Assembly (NCBI GenBank): GCA_003971905.1
Contig: RSEE01000008.1
Coordinates: forward strand, 806,001 to 870,000
Reading direction: 5' to 3'
Source: Moniliella sp. 'wahieum'
Lineage: Eukaryota
DNA: 64,000 nt
In this document: positions 34,718-48,647 of the stretch, piece by piece
How the letters are laid out: the number at the start of each line of letters is the position of its first letter
Numbering within the stretch: position 1 is the stretch's first letter
Position numbers and translations under genes: made by a program
Notes under the pieces: generated by a model
What the model was told of the DNA's origin: nothing
The model's input: only the letters and a program-made list of their open reading frames with translations
Database searches by the model: none

Positions 34718-36580
34718 TGGCCTCTGGCCTGCCTGCGCCGGCATCAGAGCCCATGTCCCACACCCCACTTGCCATGCCCCCGACGCATCCGCCTACAGCC
34801 CTGCCTTCCTCTCCCCCTCTGACTTGGACGCATCCGATCACGACGACGACGGCACCTCCGTCCCTTTGGACGAATATCCATTCGACTCGGATGACGACCC
34901 CGACCACCTTGACCCGCTCGAGCCGGACGAAGACGACGAGGCAGAGGCAGACACCGAGCAAGGCCACATGCTGGCCGACGAGTATGCTCACTACTATTAT
35001 GGCCAGGACGCCCACCCTCGCCAGTCTCTGCACCCTTCCCCCTCACACGGTGCCCACGCATCCCTGCGCACCCACGCGAATGGTACCGCTCCTTTCATGT
35101 CGCCCGAGGACGAAGAACTGCTCGCCAATGAGCCCAGCGTGGACTCCTACCACGGCTGGCCCCTCTTTGCCGCCGTCGCCCCACCCGTGCTCACTCTCTT
35201 TGGAGGTCAGGCTGACCACTGGTCCAATGCGGTCGAGATCCTTCTTGCCTCCTTTTGGCTCTACCAGTTCCTTCGCTCTCCATGGGAGTTGTACGACGCG
35301 GCCCGGACCAAGCGCGTATTGCACGCTGACATTACCACTCGGTTTCCGTTGGGCGACTTGCGCGCCCAAAGGGCGCATGCCGCCCATCTTGCCCAGCAAG
35401 CTCAAACCCAAGCTCTCTCCAGCGTGCCGAACTGCTCGCCTTTCTGTGGTGCATTCTCTCCCCTGTGGTGGGTGCCATTACGCTGATCTGGTTGCGCGAG
35501 ACTCTCAGTGACGGAGGTCAGTACATCAATGCCTTTTCCATCCGTCTGTTTGTTGTGACGGCTGGGATCAAGCCGTGGATGCATGCCATTCGCCTTATTC
35601 GGCGCCGGATCCTCTTCCTGCAGAAGGAAGTTCATTACCCAGCTGGACAAATTGAAGCCATGACGGAGCGGATTGAACAACTGGAGATCGACCTGGCTCA
35701 GGCCCGTCAGGACACAGTCACCAGGGAGGAGATGGATGCGCTGCGGAGCGCGCTTGACATTCCGTTGGCCCGTGTTGTGCGCGCAGTACGCAAGGCGGCG
35801 CGGCGCGAGGCGCGGGCCCAAGCGGCACGCGCAGGCGAGCTTGCTAGGGTCGATGACCAGCTTGCCGCCTTGGTTGAAACCACATCGTCTAATGCTGAAC
35901 AGATCCTTCTCGATCGCAAGGAGCGGGAGCGTTGGTCCGCCTTGCCGGGTACCTTGTTCCAGGCGATTGGTACCGTCATGGGCCAAAGGTACAAGTTGGG
36001 CCCAAACGATCCTGCGAACCGTACCAAGGAAATAACATCTGGCTCCATTACCCAACTGGATGAATCTGCCCCCCGTCCATCGCTGCCTCCGAGCCAACCG
36101 GCTCGCCGAATGCGAACCGTCGTAAGGTGCGCCACAAGCGCTCTTCCACCTGGTCCGAATCCCGCCCCACCAAGTCTCCCGTTCGCCCCTCGTCCCCTTC
36201 CTCTTCAGCGGTGATGACCTGTGCGTGGTCTCCTACGATGCGCTCGCGCCCTTTTCCTTTTGCTGTTTAGATACCGTAGTGCTGACCCGTTGATTTTCTG
36301 TGCACAGTGGGTCGCTCGATGCTGACCAAGGCACGGGATATGGGGGTGGAACGAGCTGCAACAGCCTAGCAGCATGCAAGCCACAGGGACGCCTCAACCG
36401 ACCATGCCTAGCAGTGCCTCGATTGGCAGCAAGTACGGCTCGGGCGCCGGTCGGAGACCAATACCCCCGCCCCGCGGCTGGGTCACCATATATCCACCAC
36501 CTCTCTTGCGTCCAATCATGCGGCTAAGCAAGTCTTTTCGCCTCCTACCCCACCCATTTCTGATTCGATGCCGGGTATGA
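34718..36580 (+). CDS. Hypothetical membrane protein with acidic N-terminus, transmembrane segments and a coiled coil
   Basis: Overlapping ORFs 34515-35486 and 35465-36214 with hydrophobic helices (WPLFAAVAPPVLTLF; ILLASFWLYQFLRSPWELY; FSIRLFVVTAGIKPW). A possible intron lies near 36211-36307. Boundaries approximate. Confidence 0.6.
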
Positions 36581-37811
36581 AATCGAAACACAGCCATTCG
36601 CGCCGGGCCTCCCGGTCGTAGGAGCCAAAGCACTCGTTTTCGGGGGGTTCAATCCCTTTGTTCGACTGGACCTATCTCAGAGAAGATTCTCTTCACTACG
36701 ATCTCTCCTGTGTTCTTTTTATCTATGCCACCGTCCCCTCCCCCTCATGTCAATGTCGAGGGCGATTGGGTGGCAACTTTGATTCCCTGAAACGACTTAC
36801 GCCTGCACCTTATACCTCTTCACGTCCTGCCGTTTCCTTTCCTTTGTCTCTTTTGTGTGGCTTCTGAGACTTCTACGTTTGATGCACATCTCCACGAAAC
36901 TCCATTTTGGTCAATGATCTTTCCCCATGATGCTCCGATTCACTGAAGTTCAGTACCCTTCGCCTTTGCCCTCCTTATCGACGCCCTCTCTCCCGCCGGT
37001 AAAAAAAGCCTCTCTCTCCTTCCCAGCACTGGTGAGTGCGTAGTAAATGCGGTGCGTTGCGCCACAGGGGAGGGAGCGTGAAAACTCCCGAGCATGCGTG
37101 GCACTCTCTCGCTTGGGCGAGAAGACATCTGTTATGCCCTCGTTTTTGGTTTCTTGATCTCCCTCGGGCTGGCTCGGATCGGAATATTCCGCGCCTCGTT
37201 TCTCCCTCTTCGCGTATACTTTTTGTTGGGCTTCAAGATGATGTCTCGCACTCATTTCTCCTTCCGTATATAGAGAGGAAAGTGGGCTGCAAACTCGTGC
37301 TTGTCATCGACAGTTCCATCCTTGCCTTGTTGTGCGAACCCTCCGGTGAATAGAAATGGTACCAAAACTAAGGCAACTATAAAACATGTGCTACTGAAAC
37401 ACACGTTCTTCCCTTTGTTGTCAAAAAGCGAGGGATCTAAAGTGATCTGCTGTTTAGTGGATCTCTTAGACTCATCGGCGGGGGCGTGAGGGGTCGATTG
37501 ACGAAGTCTCCCTGGTTTTGTGGTTGTTCCATCGTTCACAGACGTTTACCTCTGTAAAGACAGTAGCCAACCGAGACGATTTTCTAGAGTATCCATGACT
37601 ATACCGGGGAAGCATATATCACCTCCTCTCCCGTCATATGCGGATCGCGAGAGGTTTGCATGCCTCTCACATTCTCCATAGACCCAATCCGATGTGCTCT
37701 CCACGAATTGGACTGTCATGTTATTGCTTAGCAAGTTGAACGGGCCCTGGCTTCGTGCTCAACAGAATCAGACTATCATTCCTGCTCGCCGCCGATCAAG
37801 ATGCCATGAAT

Positions 37812-39892
37812 CTAATTCTTCTGGGCCAGGCGGGCCAGGACGGAGCAGAATTCCTTAGGAGAGACAATCTCCGTCGCCCCATAAGTGATCCGCTTGGGCA
37901 CGCCCGCCTGGGAGGAGGATGTACGCTGCTCGTACTCGCGCAAGTTGGCATACTCGACATAGCTGCCCCCGCCCACCACAAATACGACCGCATCGTTGTG
38001 CCCGCTAGCCGAAACAGGCGCCGATGTATCGGCCACTGTCCGCCGCTTGGGATCGAGGTAGAGGTACTTGTCGGACTCTGTCCTGGCCTGCGCCGATGCT
38101 TGAGCTGGGTCCATTAGTGCCTTGACCAACCGCGTCACCGTCTCGTCCTTCTGTGCTGGGAGGAAGTTCTTGACCCCTGCAACTAGGTTCTCGAATCCAG
38201 AATCTTTCAATCGTTCCCCCAGCGTTCGCCCCAGAGCACCAAACCCTTTAAACAGATCTTTCCCCTGGGCAGGGGCAGGTGCTGGCGCCGACGCCAACGA
38301 CATCATCCGAGCCGTTTGGCGAATGCTGCATAGACGGAAAGGTCAGCAAGTGATCAGTCAGCAAAAAAGGGAGGAGGGTGAGTGTCGGGGGAGTGGGGGT
38401 GGAGAGGGGGGGGGATGTACCTTTGGACATAGCGAAGTGCAGATAAATCAGCCCCAGCTGCCGTTAGCGCATCCTCGAACGTTTTCAGCTCGTTGGGTCC
38501 CAATTCGACGGGGCTGGAGAGATAAAAGATCAAAAAGAGACGAAGCTTGTCTTGAGCCGCCCCGGACCAAGCCGTGTTTTGGATAGCGTCCAGCACGGTC
38601 TTTTGAGGAACGTTGCGGATGCCCTCCTCGATTTGGAACAGCTCGTCCAAGCCGCGGTCGCGGATGCCTTGCAACAAGGCCGTGGCAATGTTCATGTGAG
38701 CGTCCAGCACAGTCTTGCGCGCGGTAAGCGCCGGGAGAGCTGTAATAGCCGCTTTCAAATGGAGCGCATTGTTCCCTTCCAGCGAGCTCACATCGTCCAA
38801 AGGAGAAATGCCCGTTTTGCGCGTGAGCTCAGCAGCATCAGCCTTGTACTTGCCCAGCTCCTGGTCAATGTCGGCAGCAACCTCGGGGAAGGGCTGCACG
38901 ACATTCTTTGTCCAGAAAAAGTCCTTGCCATCCAGATCGTACGTCTTGGCTTTGCCTCCCTGCTCCGAGGCGGGAACACTGACCCGGTTCAAGCGCAGCT
39001 CCAACACGTCGTCCACCAGTGCTTGGTACGTCCAACTGTGAGCAAGCATGGGGACCAAGTCCACATCTCGATCCAACAACAGGAGTAATGGTCGTTGGGA
39101 AACCCACCCCTCGGCCGCGGATCCAGAGGAAAAGAGGTCGCTGGCGCCTCGGGTAGAAGCTAGGTGGGAGCGAATGAGCTCATCCAGTTCACGAGCCACC
39201 AGCTCGGCAGCATTCCCACCCGGTGCGCGAATGATGGGTATGCCACCCCCTCGAGTGGCTAGCACACTGAAAAGGCCATGCGCAATGCGGCTTGCTTCCG
39301 CGCGGACTGCCTCCTCGCCCGCGCCCGGAGCATACAGGACTTCGTACGTGTTGTGTTTTTGCGGGGGAGGGAGCAGCTCGAAGAGTGAGTTGTCGAGCAC
39401 AACAAAGTCGAGGTACTGATCAAACACCTGCTCCACCCCAGCTCCATCCGACTTGGTGGCAACTATCCGGGCAAACTCGTCGAGCTGCGAGTCGGAGAGG
39501 GGCGAGATGAAGTTGACAAGGATCGACTCGTAGGCTGCGCGGGCTAGATCGTCGGCGATCCGAGTAAAGTTGGCGGTGGTGGGGGCAACAAAGTAGACCG
39601 CAGGCACATCTGGAAGTGGAGTGGAGGTCGGTCGGAATGAAGCTGGAGGTGGAGGGGTGACGCCGGCCTGGCGCAGGTCCTGGACCGTCATGAGGGGTGC
39701 GACCACCTCCTGGGCAGCGCTGTCGAGCACGAGCACTTTCCAGGACGGGGCGGCCGCGGCGTCGAGGGCAGCCGACGGAGAAGGAGGCTTGCCATCGCCG
39801 CCAGCGACCGCCTTGATGCGCGCATCGGCGACGGGGCGGTTGGAGTTGAGGAGGGCAAGCAGCGCGCCCACCTGGGCTTCGCGCAGCGACAT
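37812..39892 (-). CDS. SLY1: Sec1/Munc18-family protein Sly1
   Basis: [91 protein letters not shown]. Intron at ~38331-38420. Confidence 0.95.
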
Positions 39893-40286
39893 GGTGGTGC
39901 CCTCCGGCATCAGCGTGCAGGCGCCGCCGAGGGCAAGGCGGCCAGAGGGCAACCCTAGCCAGCCGCCACGTGGAGATGAGCTTACGGCAGGCGTGGCCAC
40001 ACGTGATGCGTGCGACGGGAGGTGACATCACGTGCCATGTCATGGGTGTGACCGACTAGGGGGACAAGCCACTGCTGGGGGAAGAGGCTGCCAAGAGCTG
40101 CGCCAGACTGCCCCACCCCGCTGCGCCGCTGGCCCCCACCTGCGCCCGCTCGGGCGGCGCCTTAGGCCTTAGCGGGCCCTGCGTCGCCGCCGATCCGATC
40201 AGCCCGCAGCCGCATCCACCTGCCCCCTATCTAGCTCCTCCCCCGCCACCATTGCGCCCTCAGCCCCGCTGCTCACCCTGGCCGCC

Positions 40287-43023
40287 ATGGCCCCCGAGCT
40301 CGATGCCACTCGCCTCCTCGCCCCCTTCGAGGCCGGCATCCGCCAGGCGCGCATCTACCACTCCTACCTGGATGCACGCCTCGCCGCCGAGAGGCGGTAC
40401 GCCGCAGACCTTCAGAGTGTCCTCGATGCCCACCCTCCCGACCCCCCTGAGCCCGACACGGCCAGTGACCGTCCCCACCGCTTTTCCTCCAAGAAACTGC
40501 CCACACCGCAGCTCGATGGCTACACCCGCGATGTATGGCTTGCCTACCGCAAAGCCGACCAGGCAGAGGCCGAAGCACGCCTCCGCCACGTCGATCTTGT
40601 CCGGCAAGAAGCCCTGGACCCTTTGGATGCCTGTGTGCAAGAGTCAGGAGCGCGCACTCGAGGACATGCGCAACAGCCTGCAGGCCAGTCGCAAGTCGTA
40701 TGAAGAGGCGCATTCCAAGCTTCTCCCCCCTGTGCGCAATGCGTATGAGAAGAAGTGTTCAGAATTGGACGAGCTGGTACGCCAAGAGGCGGCTGTTGAA
40801 CTTCAGCGCCAGCAGCTTGCGGAGATCCAGGCGCCCCAGCCTCCGAAAATTCTAACGGATGAGGCGTCTCTGAGCACAAACCCTCGTTGGCACTGATGAT
40901 GGCCAGAAGGGATCGCCCACAGAGTGCTACTCGCCCAGCGACCAGCAGCGCTCGTTCCCCAAGCTGATCGATGCTTTGCGTAACAAAGAGATCCGGGAGG
41001 GGTGGGACGTGGCACGGGAGGCTGCCAAAAAGAAAGCCATCTTTTCTCGTCGGCCGAGGGACCCCTCAGAATACACATACGATCCTGCTGTTGCGGAGGC
41101 GCTGCTGCGCAAGAAAGCGAAGACCCAACGAGAAGTTGAGGAGCTGGACGACAAGTACCGCGACGTAGTGATCAAATTGGAGAAGCTCCGCCTGTCACTT
41201 GCTCGCTGCATCAAGCGGACGCAAGACCAGTGTTGCACTCAGCGCTCCGAGATGGGTGCTCAGCTCATGAAGGCGTGGTCTTTTAATCAACAAGAGGGCC
41301 AGTTCCTGTCAGATGAGGTGGTTATATTTCGCGTCGAGGCGGTGCACGATGCTGCCCTTCATTGTGCCCATATCCAAAGGATGTGCGTTTGGTTCAAGCG
41401 CAGCTCCCGGCGCAAACAGAGCTTGAGCTAATACAGGTGCCTTACATCAACCAGTATGTCTCCTTGCGGCTGGCCCTTTGCTGTTACGCGGATCGAATGC
41501 TGACTTGTTCTCTGTAGCTGGCATGGCGCCGTAAATGACCTCCTCTTTGGAGTCAAACTGATGGACTACGCGTCGAGCCGTGATAAGCCTTCGCAGCCGC
41601 CGCTTCTTGTACAAAAATGTGTTGCCTACCTCGACACATATGCTCTCAATGTGGAAGGCATTTATCGCACATCGGCCAAGCGGACTGCTGTAGAAAGGCT
41701 TGCCAACAAAGCCGAGAAGGATGAAATGGCTTTAACCTTCACTCCAGGCACAGATGATCCGGTGACGGTAGCAGGCCTGCTGAAGCGGTATCTACGCCAA
41801 CTTCCCGAGCCTCTTCTCCCGCTGAACCGCGCAACGATGTCGGCCTACACAGAGTCGCGAATGGAAGAGACGCGATGTGGCTGGCCATTGTTATGTGAAC
41901 GGATCCGCAGCCAGCCTCTTGTTCATCAAGTGACACTGCAACTCGTTCTCGAGCACCTCGGGCGCGTTGCAGGAAACTGTCAGAAAAACAAGATGACGGC
42001 ATCCAACTTGGCACTCGTATTCGGCCCTGTTATCCTCGGAGCGCCTGAGTTGGAAAATACCGACAAATTGGCCATGCTCGAACAAGATCGAACCATGGAA
42101 GATCTGATCGTCTTTGGAGGGGACATTTTCGATAACCTCAAGGGGTCATCTGCCTCTCTTTCTTAATCCCTAATCCTGATGCTACCCAAAATACCACCCA
42201 AAACGCTAGTGCACTTTCACCAACTCCTCCTGAACCCTCGCGTCCACAAGGGGGTGGACACCATCACACACAATCTCTCGACGCTGGGTCGCCTCGGAAT
42301 CAGAGACCGACATTGGGTGTTGGCTTGATGCGGCGTGTCTCGGACGGCCCGAGAACTCGTTCAATGAGAGTTCCGAGCAGACGCGAGGACCTCCCATGCT
42401 CTGACCTGAGCACGGACCAGGCTTCCTGCAGTGACCGTCCGTGCTTAAACGTGGAATTGACCAGCCCTACTGATACGTCCATTCCTCAGGTTCCACCTCT
42501 AGCTCCCCAGGTCCCCGCAGTGGCACCACTTCCCAGTCTTCACCCGCCCTCCAGGAGACGCCCCCCCTCTCCCGATCCCGTTCGATCTTGTTACTCTGCC
42601 CCGCTTCCTCCCCGCTCAACCTCGAGCCACGATAGCTCTCTTCCTCCTCCGGTAGCCTTCCCCGCCGCCGCATCGAATGAACCCCTCTTGGGAACCAGTC
42701 CTCTTCCTCGTCGTCCCCCTCTTCCTCCTCTTCCACCTCCACCTCCTCTTCCTCCTCGCCCGAGCTCAGTCCAACCAGAAAGGCAAGTCCACCCTTCTTC
42801 GAATCCCTCCCCCTCTGTTACCTCGTTTGCAGCATTTGGGGGTGGTGTTCCGCCTCCACCCCCACTTCCTCGCCCCCCAAACTCGGTCCAGGAGGGAGCT
42901 GCTGGGTCTGACAAGCGCGTATCGTGGGACGGAGCTCACTATCCTGCTCGGCCTCTCCTTCCCCACAACTCGATGAGCGGGGGGATAGGAGGCCCACCAC
43001 CGCCACCCCTACCTTCCCCTTGA
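40287..43023 (+). CDS. F-BAR plus RhoGAP domain protein (Rgd1/Rga7-like) with a Pro-rich tail
   Basis: N-terminal YLDARLAAERRYA helical region. RhoGAP domain LFGVKLMDY...PLLVQKCV...EGIYRTSAK (Arg finger)...AGLLKRYLRQLPEPL...NKMTASNLALVFGP. Poly-Pro C-terminus. Confidence 0.85.
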
Positions 43024-43781
43024 CCGTGGAAGGTGGCATATCCTACCACGAATGATGCTCTATTCCCCTCTGGCTCTCTGGAAGAAACCGTGGGAGAATG
43101 TGAGCCCCCTCCCACTTCGAGTTGTCGCCCCATCAGAGAGTGTGCCGCGTCCTTTGGCGCCCGAAGAGCCTTTTACTCAATAAGCCTGACCCACCATTTC
43201 CGACTCTCGTCATGTTTTCAATGGCGTGGTACCTCAAAACAGTCGGTCTATGCTACTCTTTTTTCCCCTGATGCCTCTAGCTGTCACGGTTTTATACGAC
43301 CGCGCCGAGCGAGATCTTCGTTGATGGTTTACCGGTAGCCCTCTTTTGCTTCCTGATGACCTAACAGGTAAAGCACATTCTTACGGCCTTCCCGCTTACC
43401 CTGTGGGCTGCATCTGGTGGTGGGGTCGTAGAAAGCAGAGATTTGCCCGCAACTCATTGTTGTGTACTCAGTAGGTAAGCACTGCCACAAAAGGCAGCAG
43501 CAGCTGAGAGCTTCAGCGCTGATGGTGTCAGAATTAAATAGACGGGGGTAACGTTGAACGTTAATTATAAGCGTTATAGGACGCCTGGGCGCCTCCATCA
43601 CTTACATCACTTGACGTCATGTGCTCAGACACGTGGATCGGCGGGGACGATGGCGATGATGGGAGAAGAGGCTGGGCGGGCACTATAAAGCGAGCAACGA
43701 GCCTTTTCTGTCCATCGGCCACATCCACCTGCTCAAGCCAGCCCCGTCCCTCAGCACACTCATATTGAGATCGTTGGCACC

Positions 43782-44561
43782 ATGATGGCGCTCCACTACT
43801 TGCTCTCCTTTGTCGTCCTTCTCCTGGAGGTGGTCTTTTTTTTTGTCCTCATCGCGCCGCTGCCGTTTGCAGCGCGTCGCAAGCTCTTCCGTTTCCTGGC
43901 TTCACCTCCTGCACGCAAGGCCCAATATTGGTTCAAGATCACCTTTATCTTTGTGGCGGTCCTGTTTGCAGACGCATGCCAAAAGATGGTGGCCGCTGCG
44001 CAACAGTATCGCGAGCTGCAGAAGAATGAGGGTGGTGAGCTGGGGCTTGGTCAGGCAACGGCCATGGCCTCATTGGCAACCGGGGGTGGGAACTCGAGTG
44101 CTCTTGCTTCTAAATTCTACACGGAGCGTAACTTCTACCTGACTGGATTCACCCTTCTTCTTGGCCTGTAAGACACCTCTTGTTGATTCGTGTGCATTCC
44201 TGGATGGAATCCGGAAGATTATTGACGTTGTTTTTTGCGACCACACCAGGATCCACTCTCGCGTGTTCCGTCTCATCAACGAGCTTATCGAATCCCAGGA
44301 GGAGCTATTTTCTCTCGAATCGAGCAAGTCCGACGCGCCTGCTCCCGTAGGAACCCCGGCTGAGGTGGAGGCTAAATACAAGGAGGAACTTGGTGCGTTA
44401 TTGAGTGTTTTCCGTGCAGCGCTTCCGACTGACTCTTGGTTTTGTCAACAGAGCGTCTCAAAAAGCAATCCCAGGAGCAACAACTCGAGTACACTCAACT
44501 TTCCGACAAACTCGCCAAGACCACTGCCACTGCTACACCAACAGCACCAGTGGCTAACTAG
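43782..44561 (+). CDS. BAP31/Yet-family ER membrane protein
   Basis: Three hydrophobic helices; ILFADA-type and KFYTERNFYLTGFTLLL motifs; coiled-coil C-terminus. Introns at ~44168-44250 and ~44394-44451. Confidence 0.88.
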
Positions 44562-44728
44562 AGATCGTCGAGGAATAATTTGTGGAATTGATAGACGACA
44601 CTCTGTTTCCTATTTCTTTTTGCAACAGAACTCCAGAGATAATGGGCTCTCACGCCCCTCCCATTCCTGCTCGTGTCCCAATAGAATCCATACAGCTCCT
44701 AACATGTATGATTCCCCCCCACCTCAGC

Positions 44729-46906
44729 TCAGGGAGGGGGCGTGAAGAACCATCGAAAGATGGCGATGAAGATGTTGGTAGCCAAACCTACAAATATGCC
44801 CGAGCGAACCGAAGGCGAGACAAGCGCACCACCTCGGATCCGACGACGTACCTCGACGGCCATCCGGCGGGTGCGTTCCCGAGTCACCCGAGCCTCCCAC
44901 CGTGCAGCGCGACGGCGCGCGCGAAGGCCGCGTGCCAGCGCATCTCGTAGCGCACCCCCATTCGAGAGACACGAGCGGAGCAGGCCGGGCCCGGCGCTGG
45001 GGGCGGGAACTTTCGGGACGACGACGGAGTGCTCGGGACGATGCCGATCTCTCTGCCCGGCGTTGAGCGACGCGTGCAGCCAGATCAGCCAGCGGCTCAT
45101 CATCCGCTTCAACTGTTGGTGAGGATGCTGGACTGGGCGTAGGGCGAACACGCGATTGACGTGGCACCACATCTTCCCAAGACGACTCAGAGTGGGCATC
45201 AGCTAATCGGTCCTGTGCTCCAGCGGGCAATTCAGCTTCCACATTAACTGCTTCTTCCTCTTCCTCTTCCTCCTCCCCTTCTTCTTCTGTGTCGGACTCC
45301 GAGTCGCTCTCCACCACCCTAGGATGGGAGGCCAAGGTAGGGAAGAATGAGGGATGGGGCCGATCTGCGATGAAAAAGAGTGCGATAAAGGGAAAGAAAA
45401 AGCCAACCAGCATACCGATCCATGCTTGGCTAACATTACCTGGTCCTGTTGTGGGAGCAGGGACTTGCCCTTGGTCACCTGTCCCCATGGGCCGGCACTC
45501 GAGAGCCATTGGTCCTCAAGGGCGCGAATGTGGGCTTCCTCGTTTCCTGCTTGCAGCGCATCTCCAGTTCGTCCCCGCAACAGTTCCGGTCGCGAATAGA
45601 GAAACACGCGGCGGATTCGCTCGACCTCCTCGGCGCTCAATGCACCCGAGGCAACGAGCTGGTCCAACCCACTAGCCATCTCACCCGCCGTCTCGTCCGT
45701 TACAGGAGCCGGACGTTCGCCTTGATCCCCACCTTCCTCGTGTCCTCGACACCCACGGCACACTGCAAGTAAACCCTCTCCGATGCAATGGAAGATACTG
45801 TACGCAATGAGCCCATCTCGGATTGGTCGGATTCAAAGTCACCTTGGTGCGCCATCGCGTTCACCTCATTGTCAGTCGCGCGGGCTTTGCCCTTGTTCCG
45901 CATGGGTGCTGGGGCGTCATCCTCCTCTTCTGAAGCATCGCCTTGGTCAAAAAGAACTTGCGTTGGGGTGGCATGAAGGGGAAGAAGATGGGGCACGGGA
46001 TTACTCCAGGCTGCACGCATGCCCAACGGCACCAGCTTGGCCAACGCTGCCCGTGCCGCATCCAAATCGGCCAAGACGGTAGGGTCGGGAGGAAGTTGTA
46101 AAGGAAGACGAATCACAGCTTCTTCCACGTCTGGGTTCTTCTTCCCCAGAAAAGGGACCATAGCATGCTGGGCCAATACGCTCGAACGCACAGCGTGAAG
46201 CAGTGGTGCCAAAGGAATGCGCAGGCCGGCAACAGTCACCGAGTCCCCAGACCCTGGGGGTCGCGGAGCTAGCTCATCGTCTTCCTCGCTGGGAGAGGAT
46301 GGTTGTTCTGGGGGAGGTGCGGCAGAGAGGGTGACTGTCCGCTCCCACTCGGGCAGGTGATGCGAATCCAAGCCCGAATCATCGGTCACGGTACCAGCCA
46401 GGGCGGAGGCACGGCGAGCGTCCAGGGTATCCAGCCAGTCAACCAGCAGCACCCTCGATCTGCAAGAAGACGTCCCGAGTGGAGAAGCCGCAGGCGGCGG
46501 GATAGTAGTGGTTCTGGAAGGGCCTTAGATCGGATCGCGCTCATCAAAGACCCCACACTGTCCTCGTGGCGGGAATAGACCGTCAGCAGCACCTCTACCT
46601 CGGGAGGCGGCCGGAAGTGGGAGTGGGGGTGGACCCACGGGAATTAGGAGTCGGAAAAGGTAAGCTCGCGCCATCCTCGCCGTTGGCAGTAGCGCTGCGG
46701 CGCTGCGGATCGGATGGTGCGGCAGCGCGGACGGAGATGCGGACAACAGCCTCACTGGCAAGGTCTGTCTGGAAGTCGCTGACGCCGGGGGGTCGGTGAA
46801 GCGGATGGTGGCCGGGCGGACGGCGGAGGCGGACGAATGTGCTGTTTCCGCGCGCCGGGCGCCGGGCCGAGGGCGTGTGGGGGAATGGCAAGGGCGGGGT
46901 GTCCAT
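44729..46906 (-). CDS. Dsc3-like (DUF2407, ubiquitin-like) subunit of the Dsc E3 ligase complex
   Basis: TIRFTD; RRLRLLHSGRLL (UBL); VYLQCAVG; GLDQLVASGALSAEEVERIRRVF; RALEDQWL; WIGMLVGFFFPF; C-terminal GIFVGLATNIFIAIFRW. Frameshifted. Confidence 0.8.
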
Positions 46907-47467
46907 TCCGATGGGCTGGTGGATGGAGGACAGCCACCGACGTCGTGGCGAAGCGGACGGCGGCGCTCGCTGCCCGTCGAGCGCTGGCTGAATGCTGGCT
47001 GAAAGTTGAACTTCAACACGTTGAACAAGCCAGCGATGAACGTTTCAATGCTGGCGGCGCCACCGCCTGTGATCAATTCGATTCCCATGGCCATGATATC
47101 TGTGCGGACTGCCGTTACGCAAACTAGACCATCTATCGAGAACATGCAATGCGGGCGTGTCCTTTTCCCTGCTCTGTCTGGCATAGAACACCCCTGATAT
47201 ATGGTGGTCTGGGTAGGTTGCGTGGCGTGCGCAGGGGGAAAATGCAGATGAACGCGAAGAATGGCAACGAGCAATGACCGCGGGGTTTCCATGTTGATAT
47301 CATTACATTGGGTTGAACAACAAGGAGGTGGGTTGTGTTCGGAATATAGAAGTGAGCGTTGAGTCCGTACATATGCAAGGCGTAGGAGGCAAAGGACCAG
47401 ATCTGGATAAGAGCCATCCAAGAGGAAGAAGAAAACGAACATGAGATATAGATCGGTCAATGCAGCA

Positions 47468-48647
47468 CTAAGCATGACGCCCCATCCCAATGAGGGCGAG
47501 AAACTCCTCCCGGGTTTTGGCCCGGTCATGGAATACCCCGCGCATGCACGACGTGATCGTGCGGGAACCTGGCTTTTGTACGCCGCGCATGGACATGCAC
47601 ATGTGCTCGGCCTCCATCACGACTGCAACGCCTTGTGGTGCCAATGCCTCATCGAGGGCAAGTGCCACTTGCTTCGTCAGCCGTTCCTGCACTTGCAGGC
47701 GTCGAGAAAAGACCTCGGCGATCCGTGCCAACTTGGAAAGACCAATGACGAGACGGTTGGGAATGTAGCCAATATGGATCTTGCCTGTAAAGGGGACGAG
47801 ATGGTGCTCGCAAAGACTCGAAATCGTAATGTCTTTGACAATCACCATCTCATCGTGCTCTTCATTAAACACAGCATTCTTGATGACATCTGCAGCAACA
47901 ATGGTCAGAATTCATTCGAATACAGAGAATCCAACGTACCATCCAACTTGGTCTCGTACCCCCTCGTCATCCACAGCAAAGCTTTCGCATAACGGGTGGG
48001 CGTTTCTTTCAGCCCAGGGCGACTGGGGTCCTCACCCAAACACTGCAGGATAGTAGCCACTGCACCTGCTAGACGTGCTTGGTTCGCGGCTGCCGCCGCA
48101 GGGGAGAAGTGAAGCCGATCTAAGGTCCGAGCTGCAGGCCAGCCCAGGCCATTTTGGTCGATACTCGGGGTGCCTGGCGTCATGGCTCCAGAGTCTGGCA
48201 CGCCACCCTCAGTCACTGGTGCAGTAGGAAGCCCATGGAGATAAGGAGAAGCAGCACTCCGAAGGACGCGAGAAAGAGAGGCGGCGCGAGGGTCCTCTTT
48301 CTGGCGAGGCTGAAGAGATCGAGGCACATGCTCATCGTCATCGAAGTGCGAAACGTCGTACCCTGTCCTGTGTGGAACGTGATCGGCCTCCCCTTGTGCC
48401 TGAAGACGTTCATGAGAGGCAAGGACGTTCAACGTGCGTTCCAAAAGAGACGCCAAAGCCGCCACGTCGGCGCTTGACTCTGGCGCAGCAGAGGTGCTGC
48501 TTCCAAGGGCGGCCTGGGGTGCTGCGTCGATGAATTCCCCTTCCTTCTTTCCTTCGACCGATGCAACCCCACCGAAGTGAATGTCATCGCCCCCCCGGAG
48601 GAAGAACCAGGAAGGGGGGATGCATGATGGGCTTCCGGCGGCGACAT
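47468..48647 (-). CDS. FOL2: GTP cyclohydrolase I
   Basis: [76 protein letters not shown]. Intron at ~47890-47938. The ATG at 48647 requires one homopolymer indel. Confidence 0.95.

Noticed and set aside
36640..37750. Short ORFs between the membrane hypothetical and SLY1
   Set aside because: No motifs or splice support; likely UTR or intergenic sequence.
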